Shown here piece by piece: positions 48,778-60,325 of a DNA stretch of 64,000 nucleotides. Source of the stretch: Lama guanicoe (lineage: Eukaryota); NCBI GenBank assembly GCA_013239625.1, contig MU057342.1, positions 11,072,556 to 11,136,555 on the forward strand, in the 5' to 3' direction. The position numbers and the translations under genes are program-made. Numbering within the stretch: position 1 is the first letter of the stretch; the number at the start of each line of letters is the position of its first letter. The notes under the pieces are model-generated. The model saw only the letters and a program-made list of their open reading frames with translations. It had not been told where the DNA came from and made no database searches.

Positions 48778-51744
48778 TTCACTATTTCCACTATTCCAGC
48801 AATACTACCATCATCAGTTAAGTTGTAGCTACTCTTAATGTATTACTTCCAAACCCCATCCAACATTTTCTATCTAATAAATTTTAGACCTTTGACATAA
48901 ATCTGATACACATTTAAAATTCCTTTTGCTAGCACTCTATTTAAATAAACCCTAGATTGGAAACTGATGAGCTAGCACATTAAGAATTCACTAATTTGCA
49001 AATCGTTTTCATCCATTAGTTCATTGCAGAAAAATCACACATTCAGAAAATAGTTCAAACAGCAATTTCACCAACATTTCAGCCTTAAACTTCCACATAT
49101 ATTCTAAATTTGCCTTATCCAGGAATATACAATAAAATGTAGAAACGTTGAGATAAAGTATAGTTCACGATAGCAAAAAGAGGCAAGTTAGCATTTTGGA
49201 AAGTAAAATAATGGGTTAATGAATTATATTATGAATAAAGTTAGGAGAGATAAATTAATATTCTATGTTAAAAGCTTCTGGAACTCTCTCATCTTTAATT
49301 TAAAATTTTTTATTGAGCACAAGTACAACTGTTAATATTCTAAATATGTTTGCTAATAAATTTTACAAAATTACTATTTTATGTTTAAATATATTACTTT
49401 GAAAAGACTGGTACATTCTTGAAATATGACTTCTTATTTAAAATCCAGGGACAAGTTTTCCCTTTGATAAAACAAATCTATAATTTTATGATGAAATCTA
49501 AGAGGCAAATATAAATCGTATAATAAAAATATCTGTCAGAGAACTTTTTCTTGTAAAGTATCTGATATTTTAAGTGAAGAATGCCTGCATAAACTAATTT
49601 GTGGCAACTTCATTTTTATTCATTCAATTATATTTAAAAGTCTATGTATATGCATGAATACATAATTAAACATTCTTGTAAGATTTGTCTCTATACTTGA
49701 AGAAAACATATATATACTCTCAAGATTTGAGAATTATGATGCTACTGCATAAAACATAGTGAAGGATTATATGTCAATATCTTCCTTTTGTATTTATGAC
49801 AAAAGGAAAAATAGTCCACAAAGAATTGTAAATTGTAAATCTAACTCGTACAGGACAGGAACAAATGTGGAATAAGCAGAAGTCTTTTGGGATGTGTTTT
49901 TAAGCAGGAGGTTTTGAAAACTCCAAATTTAGCTTCATAAAAAGAGGTAGTGCAAGTGTGAACCATGTGGTCATTCTGGCATACTCTGTGTAAAACTTCT
50001 CTCTTTACCTAAATAAGGATATAATAAAGCTGCAGAAATGTGCAAAGCAGAAATCCTCCAGTTCTGTTTATTCACTTTCAGTCAGGTAGTAAAATATCCT
50101 AATGTTCCATGAAGAAATCTTCAAAATGCAATACTAAAATAGCCTGCTAAAGAGAAATCAACAACTTCTTTATTTAGATACTGAGCAGTTTAAAGAAAAA
50201 GATGGGTGGAGGTTTTGAGTTTTAGGGGTTTTTTTTAAGCCAACTCTATCTGTAAGGATCAGTTTTACTAAATTTTCATCATCCTTACTTTGTTGCATTT
50301 TTTTTCATACAGTCATGCCCCTTTCTTCCTCTTCTATGTCCCATATCCTCCAACTTCCTCTCAAACATTCTGTGGAAGTGGGACGGGGGAGCAGGGGGAG
50401 CAGTCTCAATGTCTTTCATCTTTTTCCATTTCATTTCTTCTTCATTATCCTTTCTCCTTTTTCTGGCTCCCTCTGGCCTTCTTTCACTGCTGTAATTACT
50501 TTTCAGCCCATAATTCTTTTAGAAATTCAATTTCTAAGACACTCTCCATTCACTTCTAATTCTACAGTCTTTGGTAACGCTTTGTAAAAAAAAATGTAAA
50601 CTAAGCCCTTCTTTCTCTTGGTTTTCTGAGACACAGCAGCAGTGGAAGGAATAACAAAGAGTATCTTCATGTGATGAGTGCGATGTTACTGCGACCCTCA
50701 GGCTCAAGGGAATACTGAACTCTTCCTATAACATACATGTATGACAAAAACATCCACTACTTGCGAAAAAAAATCAAATCTGTTCACACAGAACTATTTG
50801 TGCTGACAATTTAAATGTGAAATTCTGACTATTTTAATGGACCTATGTGACTTTAAGTTTGATTTTGAAGAATTTTGGTCCCTAAAGACCACTGCGCTTT
50901 CAAATATAATTTTAAATGGATGTCCAGAATCTAAATCAACAAATTACTATAAGCATATGAACAAATCATACAATCTATAAGAAAACCAGATTTTTAGGTA
51001 CTAATAGCTCATTAAGTAGTGTCTTTGGACATCAAGATACTGCAACCACTCCTCACTCTCTGACACTGAGTGCAAAAAGAGGACATGAACTAGTATAACA
51101 ATCACAAAATTAATGATAAGTAACATACCCTCACTGTCAAAATGGCACACAGTTATAAATCTGAACGATAAAAAGCACAATAACTATATAACCCAGGAGT
51201 ATACTTAAAATAAAATGTCCAAAATCTAAATGAAGACAACTGAACAACTTTACTAAAAATGTTAATTAAAAGGCATACTATTTTCCTGAATAGAATGATC
51301 AATGTTGTAAAGATACTAAATGTTCTATTACGATTATTGCAATTACAAACTATTTTAAAGAGAGAATTTGCACACTGAACTTAACATATTGATTCTGGAA
51401 AAAAGTGTGTAAGAAGAGTTAAGAGGAGTTGTAAAGAGAAAAATGATGATAGAAACTTTCCCTTAGATATGCAAATTACTCTAAACTAGAGTAATTTAAA
51501 CAGTATGATACTAGCAAAGAAATAATGTGATTATTACAGTATAAAAGTCTACAAATACCTGTGTATATATAAATTTAGTATAAGATGAAAATGAAATTAA
51601 ACCAATCCTTACCTCACAGTGTTAAAAAAGATAAATTCCATACGAATTATTATGTTTTAAAATGTATAAAGAAAATGAAAAGTAGAAACAACAGAGGAAA
51701 TTTTATTGTTTGTTTATTTTAGTAATCTTGGGGTTAAGGAGGTA

Positions 51745-51930
51745 TCTGACCGCCTGTATTTGAATTGTGGCACTATCATTTAAATTGTGTAACCCTGAAT
51801 AAGTTAATTACCCATCATCTATGAAAAGAGGATTAATAGTATCTTATTCATAGGGTTTTTGTGAGGATTCAATGACAATATGCACATAAAGTGCTTAAGG
51901 GCCCAACAAACATTAGTTGTAATTTTTATT
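51745..51930 (+). mobile_element. MIR nested in L1
   Basis: gaccgcctgtatttgaat...tgtgtaaccctgaataagtta...catctatgaaaagaggattaatagtatcttattcatagggtttttgtgaggattcaatga...taaagtgctta. Confidence 0.88.
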
Positions 51931-52053
51931 CTTAGCATGGAAACAAAAGTCTGAAACCATAAGCAAAAAGAATGACATGTGAATATGTCAATTTTTCAAG
52001 TATTTTTTGTAATGAATATCACAATAGAAGTAAAAGAAAAAAGTACATAAATA

Positions 52054-52202
52054 CAGTCGGCCCTCTGCATTCACAGGTGCAGAATTTGCAAACACAGGCT
52101 CACTATAATGGGCCAATTTACATAATGGACTTGAGCATCCGCAGATTTTGGTATCTGCAGGAGTCCTGGAATGAATGCCCCATGGATACCCAGGCAGAAC
52201 TG
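52054..52202 (-). mobile_element. MER2-like TcMar-Tigger MITE with TA TSD
   Basis: TA|cagtcggccctctg...ggacttgagcatccgcagattttggtatctgcaggagtcctggaa...ccccatggatacc...aactg|TA. Confidence 0.88.
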
Positions 52203-53887
52203 TATAACATCTATCAAAGAATATTAAAAGTTCTTCAAATTAGTATGAAAAATAAATACTTTAAGAAAAATGTTTCAGATGTCATAAACAAGCTATTCCC
52301 AAGAGAAATATAAAAGCCCACAACATGACATTTTTCAACCTCACTAATAATGAAAGAAACACATTTTGTGTATGTGTGTGTGATTAGCAAAAATTGCTTA
52401 CTCACACTATTGTAAAAGATTAAGTCGAAAAAACTTTCTCATGCAATTTTGATGAGAGAATAAATTGGTAAAACCTTTTAGACAGCAGTTTATGAAGGCA
52501 TATGGAAATTCAAGTATGCACTGCCTTTTCCTTAACAATTCTTTTGATATGAATTTAGCCTAAAGAAACAAAGTGTGCGAAAACATACAAAATAGGTATT
52601 TCTTCACACTGCTATTAAAATATCAAAACAAACATATCAATAACCTAAGAGGTAAACCTCTAATTATTGAAGCAGAAAATACATCAGTTGATCAATATTC
52701 AGTAAGAAAAAGCAAGTTAAAGAATAGTGTATGTAGTATATGTAATCTATCCTCTTTAAAACATAAGTAGGTAGCAATATAGGTTTACAATCGTAAAGAA
52801 AAACTTCTGAAAGAATATATATTAAACTGTAATTAGTGGTCATCTCGATGGGATAAGATTATAGGAAGCTTTCACTTTTTAATTTACACCATTCAGTATT
52901 GTTCGAATACTTCCTAACATTTAAGAATTGCTTTTATAATAATAAAAAGGGACATCTCCATTTTGGAAAAAACAAAAGATTAAGAAACTCATATAATAAT
53001 TACTTTCCAAGTTTCAGATTTTCACATAATTCTAAGAGCTACCTGCCCTTTTAAAAAGCCTTTTACTTAGGTTCAATGAGGTCCTTGTCAAGAATTAATA
53101 TATACTTAAGTGCTAACTTCTTTTTTAAAAGAACTGCAATTAAAAGAGCCACTTATAAAGGAATTCACAAGCATGTTTCCCAGCTCAGAGTTTAACACGC
53201 AAGTAACATCTCTATTAGTACTTGAAACCAAGAATTATAACCCATAGCAGGCAGAGCATTTAAAGAAAGCTTAATAACAAGAATGGGCCCAATTTAATTC
53301 AACTTTCAAAATGTTTTTTATACTTCAGAAACTAAGAAGTTTTCTACAGCCTATAAAACTTGCACATTTCATCACTAGGTTTAGGAGAAAAAGTCATTTC
53401 TTACCATTAATGGTTAATTAATCCATTTATTTCAGACACTATAGTTATGTGAAAGACTCACGATTATTACAGTAGAAACAAAACTTGATAGTCTTTTTCA
53501 TCAGCAAAGAGTATCAGAATATTAAGATCAAATATTTTGCATTGTCCATGGTTTTTAACATTTTCACTAAAGCAAGCTTTTACTATATTTAAATATGGAA
53601 GGCCACCACCAAATTTAGTGAAGAATTTCACTTCCTCAGGAAGCAGAGGAACAGCTCTATGACCAGATATTATACCCCTCTGTAAGAATTAAGTTGGATT
53701 CCTCCAAGGGAGACTAACTTCCTTATCTCTATGGCATAAAAAGTTAACGATACCTTTCTTGGTTTAGGGTTCATCCCTCCTACCAAACGTTGTATATCCC
53801 CATAATCTCTTAGGAAGCATCATGTTACAAAGCAGAATATTCCACACCAACACTCACCAGATGTCTAATTTTGAGAAGGGTTAGCGT

Positions 53888-54002
53888 ACATATCTGTAAA
53901 ATGGAAATAACATCACCTGCTTTATAAGGATGTGTGGAGACTAAATGGGATGCTAAGACTACTATGCATAAAACAACACAGAAGCTCAAAAATTGCTACT
54001 TC
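53888..54002 (+). mobile_element. MIR 3' half
   Basis: atctgtaaaatggaaataacatcacctgctttataaggatgtgtggagactaaatgggat...agaagctcaaaaattgctact. Confidence 0.75.
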
Positions 54003-55089
54003 TTTTCCAGCTTGTCTACAGTCAGGATAACTCATAATGAACATAACAAAAAAAACTGTAAAATATTACATTAATTATAACTGTATAATTATATGATTTT
54101 CAAAGTATGTGTTTTCTTGAACTACTTAAAACATAAAGTGCTATAAAAAGTGCAATCAACCCAAGGAAAAGAACTATTAACCAACCACCTTACACTTTAA
54201 TTTTTTTTCCCCCATTTTAAATGATACATTCATAAGCAAACAACAAGAGATCACCACTGGAAGCTTCATGAGCAGGAGAGAAGTAATTCCAGTATTTGAA
54301 ATCTGATCACCTCATCCCTGAGTTGCTGAGCTGGCTTTCAGCAAGCATCTTCATATCTGTATTATGACAGAGGCACTGCATCACTTCTCCTCAAGTCCCT
54401 CACACACTAGAATCATCACTTCTTCTCCTGTTCCAGAAGCTTCAAGTCATGGCCTATGTCTGTGTAACCTCTTCTGCCTGATAATCAAGGTTCTTAGTAT
54501 TCTGATTACACCTTCCCTACCCATATGAATCCCAAACACAGATTCTCGAGGCTAGGTCAGTTTACTCACAGCAGAACACCACACAGATGTTGGTTTCTGT
54601 GTAGGTGTTCATTCCATCCCCACACTTAGGACACTCCTCCTTTACTCTCCTGCCAGCTAATCCATTCTTTAAATCCAGTTCGAGACCTATCCCTCCCTCA
54701 ATGAAATCATGAATGTAGATGTATTTATATACTTAAAGCCAGTGCCACAGAACTTATCACATCTATCTAGACTGAGCCATCTTAGTCTATGGCTTGCTTT
54801 GCCTGGCATCATCCTCAGTTCAGAATAGAGAGTCATGACTACTATGATTCTATTTTGAATCATTTAGAAAAGTTTTATAATAAGTATAACAGCAGCAAAA
54901 TTCTTCACTAGTGCAAAAATAAGCATTTGCCTGTGCCATCTCCCATCACATAAATTCTTGGTCAGAATCATGGCATAAATTTAATATTTAAATACAAATC
55001 ACTGAATTTTTCATTTTGTTTTGGTCTTATGAAGATATTGCTTTCTAAGAATAGCATAAATTTCTGTCATGTGTTGCTTCATACACATA

Positions 55090-55290
55090 TCATGCACTTG
55101 TGTGTGCCAGGCACTCTGTGTATATTATATAATATAATTTTGAAGAAAATGTGGAAAAGTAGGAATTTTTACTCCTTTTTTAAAGGTGAGAAAACAGAGA
55201 CTGAAAGGGCCAAGGCCACAAAGCAAGTAAGCAAGAGCTGACTGTCAAATAAGAACCTTCAGATTCCAAGGTCCCTCTGCTATGCTCTGC
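55090..55290 (-). mobile_element. MIR SINE
   Basis: gcacttgtgtgtgccaggcactctg...aagtagga...ttttaaaggtgagaaaacagagactgaaag...ccaaggccacaaagcaagtaag. Confidence 0.85.
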
Positions 55291-55964
55291 TCCTGCCTCA
55301 CCAGCCAGTGTGTTCTCATATTACACCTCCTGCTCAATGGCTCAGCCTCTTAATAGCATAAGTTTAAAATCAATAATTATCAAAATACCAAAAAAAAATT
55401 TTTGAGATCCAGAAAACTGTTCAGCAGTTAATTATTTTCCATATCACTGGAAACACCAGTGATATGAAAATGCTGGGCAGGAAATGTTTCTTCAAGTATT
55501 AACAATCATTTTATCACATGAGAATACTGAGAATTTTTTTTTTCTTGACAAGACCACTTCAGTCATGCTTTAGCCCTGGACAAATGTTCTTCAGTACTCA
55601 TCAAATTTTGGCAGATGGCTGGCAACAACAACAACAAAAAGCAGTTTTAACCCATTATTCTAGCAAATGTTCAAACAAGTTAGGGAAACCTTAGTAACTA
55701 TCAAACTGATTGATAAGCACTTTAAAAGTGCTTCAGTTGTCCAATTATTTTCCAGTATTTCCAGGTTCAGTACAGAACACTCTCACTGTGTAGCCTGAAT
55801 GGAAAAGTTCAGAGATATATATTTCTGAAGAAAACAAAACATAACAATTTTCAAAGAGAATTATTTACACTCCTTTCAAAGTAATTATGAGAAAGATATA
55901 CTTTTAAAAATCAAGAAGAAAAATATAATACAGATTCAGGAGTAAGACTTTAGAAATAATTCCC

Positions 55965-56548
55965 CTACCTTATTAGTAATACAAAAATAAAAATAAAAAT
56001 AAAAATTACAATTAGGCTTTTATTATTTTTCAAATATAGTACTTAGTATTGACAAGTATACAAGAAGTCAAGTAATCTTTATTATGGCAACGGGAGCATA
56101 AATTTGCTACAAATTTCCAGAGATTATTTGGCAGTATGTGTATAAAGTCTTAAAACATTTATGTGCCTTGACCAAGCAGTAACATTTTTAAGTATTTATT
56201 TTAGGTAAAGAGTAGAAGATGTTCTCAAGGATTAATGAGCAAAGACATTTAATAAACAATTCATAATAGTCAAATACTCAAAACAACCTAACTAATATAA
56301 AATAGCATTAGTAGATTGGTAAAAATAAATTATGAAATGCCCACACAATGGATGCTCAGCATTCATGTAAAAGTCCTACGTTAGAATAATATTTCATAAC
56401 ATAAAAATGTTTACTACCTGCTGTTTTGTGAGAAAAGATTATATGCTCTAATTTTTTTTTTTTAATGTTCAAGGTCATATCTGCATTGGGAGGCAGAAGA
56501 AAATCCTCGAAGAGCTACTGTGTGGATGGTGGATTTAGGGTAATTTTT
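55965..56548 (+). mobile_element. Old L1ME-like 3' region
   Basis: gggagcataaatttgctacaaatttccagagattatttggcagtatgt...tgccttgaccaagcagtaacattt...aataaattatga...cccacacaatgga. Confidence 0.7.
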
Positions 56549-56549
56549 T

Positions 56550-57340
56550 AAATTATTATATAAGTTTTAAGTCACTGTAGTTTAACATCTATATACACAG
56601 CAGAGTGATCACCACCATAAGTCTAGTCACCATGTATCACCATATATTTGAACCCTTAAGTACTTTTGCTCACTCCCAACTCTTTTTCCCTCTGGTAACC
56701 ACTAATTTGTTCTCAGTTTCTATATGTTTGCTTTTTATTATATTGTGCTTGTTCATTTTTTGTTTCTTTTGCTTTCTTTCTTAGATTTCACATATGAGTG
56801 AAATCATACAGTATTTGTCTTTCTCCTTCTGACTTATTTCATTTAGTATAATACCCTCAAGGTCCATCCATGTTGTCACAAATGACAGTATTTCATTCAT
56901 TCTTTTTTATAACTGGATTGTATCTCTCTCTGTGAGTCTGTGTGTGTGTGTGTGTGTATCACATTTTTTTATCCCTATATCCATCAATGGACAGTTAGGC
57001 ATGAGGTTGTTTTCATATCTTAGCTATTGTAAATAATGCTGCAGTGAACATAGGGGTGAATGTATCTTGTCTGATTAGTGTTTTGTGTTCTTTGGATAAA
57101 CATCCAGAGGGGAATAGTTAGGTTATATGGCAGTTCTAGTCTTAATGTTTTGACAAATCTCCATACTATTTTCCATAGTGGCTGCATTAATTTATAGTCT
57201 CATCAATAGAGTACAAGAGTTCCTTCTTCCTCCATATTCTCTCCAGCATTTGCTATTCCTACCTTTCAATAACAAGCATTCTAACAGGTGTGAGGTGATA
57301 TCTTACCATTATTTTAATTCACATTTCTTATTATTTAGTT
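56550..57340 (-). mobile_element. Laurasiatherian-type L1 3' end, with (TG)n at about 56939-56957
   Basis: gtgatcaccaccataagtctagtcaccat...cctctggtaaccacta...gatttcacatatgagtgaaatcatacagtatttgtctttctc...ataataccctcaaggtccatccatgttgtcacaaatg...gctattgtaaataatgctgcagtgaacatagggg...cattctaacaggtgtgaggtgatatct. Confidence 0.95.
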
Positions 57341-57714
57341 AGATAAACACAAAAAGTAGGACTTAGCTTTCGTAAATTATACAAACATTAGCTTCGTATG
57401 CTGTTTTATATCACACAAATGCTTATCAGTTTCTCCAAGCACTACATCTCAGTATAATTCTTACCTACTTACTGGAAAAGCACCAAAATGTGACTTTCCT
57501 CATTGATACGACTTTTACTTTTAAAGCACATCAGTTACAGCGTATCTAATGAAGTGGAGCAAGAGAGATTAGACCCTTTCACATGTTAATCTGAGCTTAA
57601 AGTAAATTTGAAGAAGCATCACTGTGATACAAAGATGGGCAGAGGCATGTGTTTATCTCTGAAAAAGACAGCTCTGGCTAAGTCAAATGCCACTTTTCAT
57701 AGCTTAATGGGTGG

Positions 57715-57960
57715 AATTAAAGAGCATGAGTCAGACAGACCATTAAAACAACGGTAGCTTCAAATTCTGACTCTTGACACTTTCTGTATGATGCTGAATA
57801 ATTATACTCCAGAGCTGTGCTTCTTTATCTCTAAAACAGGATAAAAATATGCACCCAGTAATGTTGTCATGTTGTTGTGAGGCCTAGACGCAGTAATGAT
57901 AAAGTGATTAGCAGAGTTCCTGGTACTAAAGGAAAACTAAATAAAACTGTAGCTATTATT
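57715..57960 (+). mobile_element. MIR SINE
   Basis: aagagcatgagtcagacagacc...ttcaaattctgactct...gttgttgtgagg...aaagtgattagcagagttcctggtac...agctattatt. Confidence 0.8.
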
Positions 57961-58903
57961 ACAGTGACGTTAATGTTCTAACATCACTAATTCTATACAT
58001 GAAATATCCTCTCCTCTTCAAACTGAGTAAAGAAGAAATAAGACTGTTAAACTCACAATGCTGGAAGGCTTGGCACCATGGAAAATTTATGACACAAGGG
58101 ATTTTTCAGAGGTACATAGTAATCTATTATTTGCTGCCTGGTAGATGTCTCAAGAAATAAAGTAGAGAATACTTCATCACATGCAATGGGAGACATGGGC
58201 TTCAAAGTGCTTTTCCAAGAAGTAGTGTCACCAGTGAAAACAGAACTGCTAGTTTCACAAGTCTTAAAAGCAGGCTGTATCTGAGCTTAGGTCTGAAGAG
58301 TGTGAATAGCCCCAAACACTGAACTTTGCTGTTTTATTGGAGCCAATTGAGAGCAAGGTGAAATTCAAAAGCTAGCATCAATGACTACGTATGCAGTCAT
58401 CTTCAGTAGATGAAAATCGGTCACTGTTACATCAGGCTAATAAATAAAATTCCTTCTCAAAGAACATGGTAATAAAGGAAAAATCCCCATAAATATCACA
58501 TTAATAATGGCCTGTAGACAAACAATAATTCAATAACTACTATCAGAGTTTATAGTAATTAGATCTGTGTAGAAGAAAGTTGAAAACTAGCCAAACCATC
58601 TTTTTACACGTAAAGCGAACATAATTATAAAACATGGAAAATCATGGCCCCTTATAAATACACTAGATTCTAAGAAGTAAAATGGATGGGGTAGATGATG
58701 AATCCTCATCACCACTGTCTAAATGCCAAAACTAAAAATTAACCACTGGTGTATAATAACTCTTAAATAGTACTATCTCCTGTGAACAGATATTTCTGTA
58801 ACCTATTAAAAGTGTTCTTTGTCTCACCCTAGAGGGAAAAATTATTAAAATAAATTAACATTTTACTGGGTCTCTAATTGGAAGTGGTTGTTCTCAACAA
58901 ATA

Positions 58904-59075
58904 NNNNNNNNNNNNNNNNNNNNNNNNNNNNNNNNNNNNNNNNNNNNNNNNNNNNNNNNNNNNNNNNNNNNNNNNNNNNNNNNNNNNNNNNNNNNNNNNN
59001 NNNNNNNNNNNNNNNNNNNNNNNNNNNNNNNNNNNNNNNNNNNNNNNNNNNNNNNNNNNNNNNNNNNNNNNNNNN
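58904..59075. other. N-run, 172 nt (gap or masked segment)
   Basis: Seen directly. Confidence 0.99.
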
Positions 59076-59374
59076 ATTTATATCCCTGGAAGTATATTTT
59101 TAGGGTTCACACATCCAAGGCACAAGGCATTTGCATTAATAAGTGAACAATTACCTTCGTATTAGTTAAAGGTTTCTACGAAACTGTGGTTTGGTCTTCA
59201 GCTGTACAAGATGAACTGTATGTTGAACATGACAGTCTGAAACCAATTTTGAGAATCTGCCCCTCAACATGCCCACATGTTTCCATGTTTCAAAGGAGGG
59301 ACACAGAAAAGACGCCTCCTCCACCTTATAAAATAATCAAAAGAAGATAGCTCAGCAAGAAACTTGACTATATT

Positions 59375-59545
59375 ATTTTATCCATCCTAGGAGGTCGGTA
59401 CAATTATTACCCCCATTGTGCAGATAAGGTAATAACGGCTGAGAGCGGCTGAACAACATGTTCATTGTGGAAAAGGCAGTGAATGATGCAACCAGATTCA
59501 CACCCTTACCCCCTGCTCTACAGCCTGAGCTATTAACCACAGAAA
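59375..59545 (-). mobile_element. MIR SINE
   Basis: cctaggaggtcggtacaattattacccccattgtgcagataagg...ggctgagagcggctgaacaac...ccagattcacaccc...gctattaaccac. Confidence 0.8.
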
Positions 59546-60199
59546 TATAATTTCTCACCACTGACAGGGTTAATAACGAACTTGAATAATTCATTTTATC
59601 ATAATAAAATTTAATAATAACATACAAAGAAGTAATCATAAATTTTGAGGGAAGAAACATATTAGAACACTCTAGATCTGAGTCTTATAATAATAAAGAT
59701 GATGAATAAGAAAGACAGAAACTTTTTTCTTCCAATTTAAATCTCCACAGTGGTATTACTTATCATCCTATTCATCATCATCCTAATCATCAAATTAAGA
59801 TGAAGCCAGACTTGGGAGCTAGATAGAAACATGCAGAAGACATTTAGGTTACCAAAAAAGACATGGCCATTCTAACTGTTACGGATGTCTGTCCAAAGAA
59901 ACACATTAGTGAATTACTGGTCCCAGTGAAGAGTTTGGTCATTTAGTAACTAAAGAATTCTTTCCCAAGAGAATTTTGTCCCTCAGATACCCACTCTCCC
60001 CCTTCCCTCTATAATTCCTTACACCCTTCCGAGTCTCCTTCTTACCCTTCATTCCTCCTTCTCCTCAGCTCAGTGAGCCCTCTCACTCTTTCCCCATTAT
60101 ATTCTCACACAACACTCTGTACTCATCATAATAGGAAAAAATCTGATGGCCATACTTCACATTAACAAATCTATGCCATATGTTACTTTAAACATTATT

Positions 60200-60325
60200 T
60201 ATTTCTATCTTTCCAGCTAGACTGCAATGTCTATCATTACAGGGGCCGGGTCTTCACTGCACATTTTTAATCCTCAGAGCTTAGCACAATAACCAGCACT
60301 CAGAAGCACTTGCTGAATTCATGAC
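60200..60325 (+). mobile_element. L2 3' end
   Basis: ccagctagactgcaat...caggggccgggtctt...cctcagagcttagcacaataaccagcactcagaagcac. Confidence 0.7.

Larger units (their letters stand above)
51100..52945 (+). mobile_element. Old L1ME-like LINE (ORF2 3' half to 3'UTR) with nested MIR and Tigger MITE
   Basis: A-rich sense L1 phrases: aaatgtccaaaatctaaatgaagacaact, tcaatgttgtaaagat, gtaatttaaacagtatgatactagca, tcaacctcactaataatgaaagaaa, taaattggtaaaaccttttagacagcagttt, aaactgtaattagtggtcatctc. Confidence 0.8.

Noticed and set aside
50671-50718. Box C/D snoRNA (GTGATGA ... CTGA)
   Set aside because: Only 48 nt from box C to box D, with no terminal stem and no C'/D' boxes.
55452-55467. Iron-responsive element (CAGTGA in the hairpin region)
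   Set aside because: CAGTGA lies in the stem rather than the loop, and its flanking 5-mers are not complementary.
59990-60100. Long polypyrimidine tract ending ctcctcag as a strong + strand acceptor
   Set aside because: No convincing exon or donor follows. It lies just upstream of an L2 tail and is probably a pyrimidine-rich L2 remnant.
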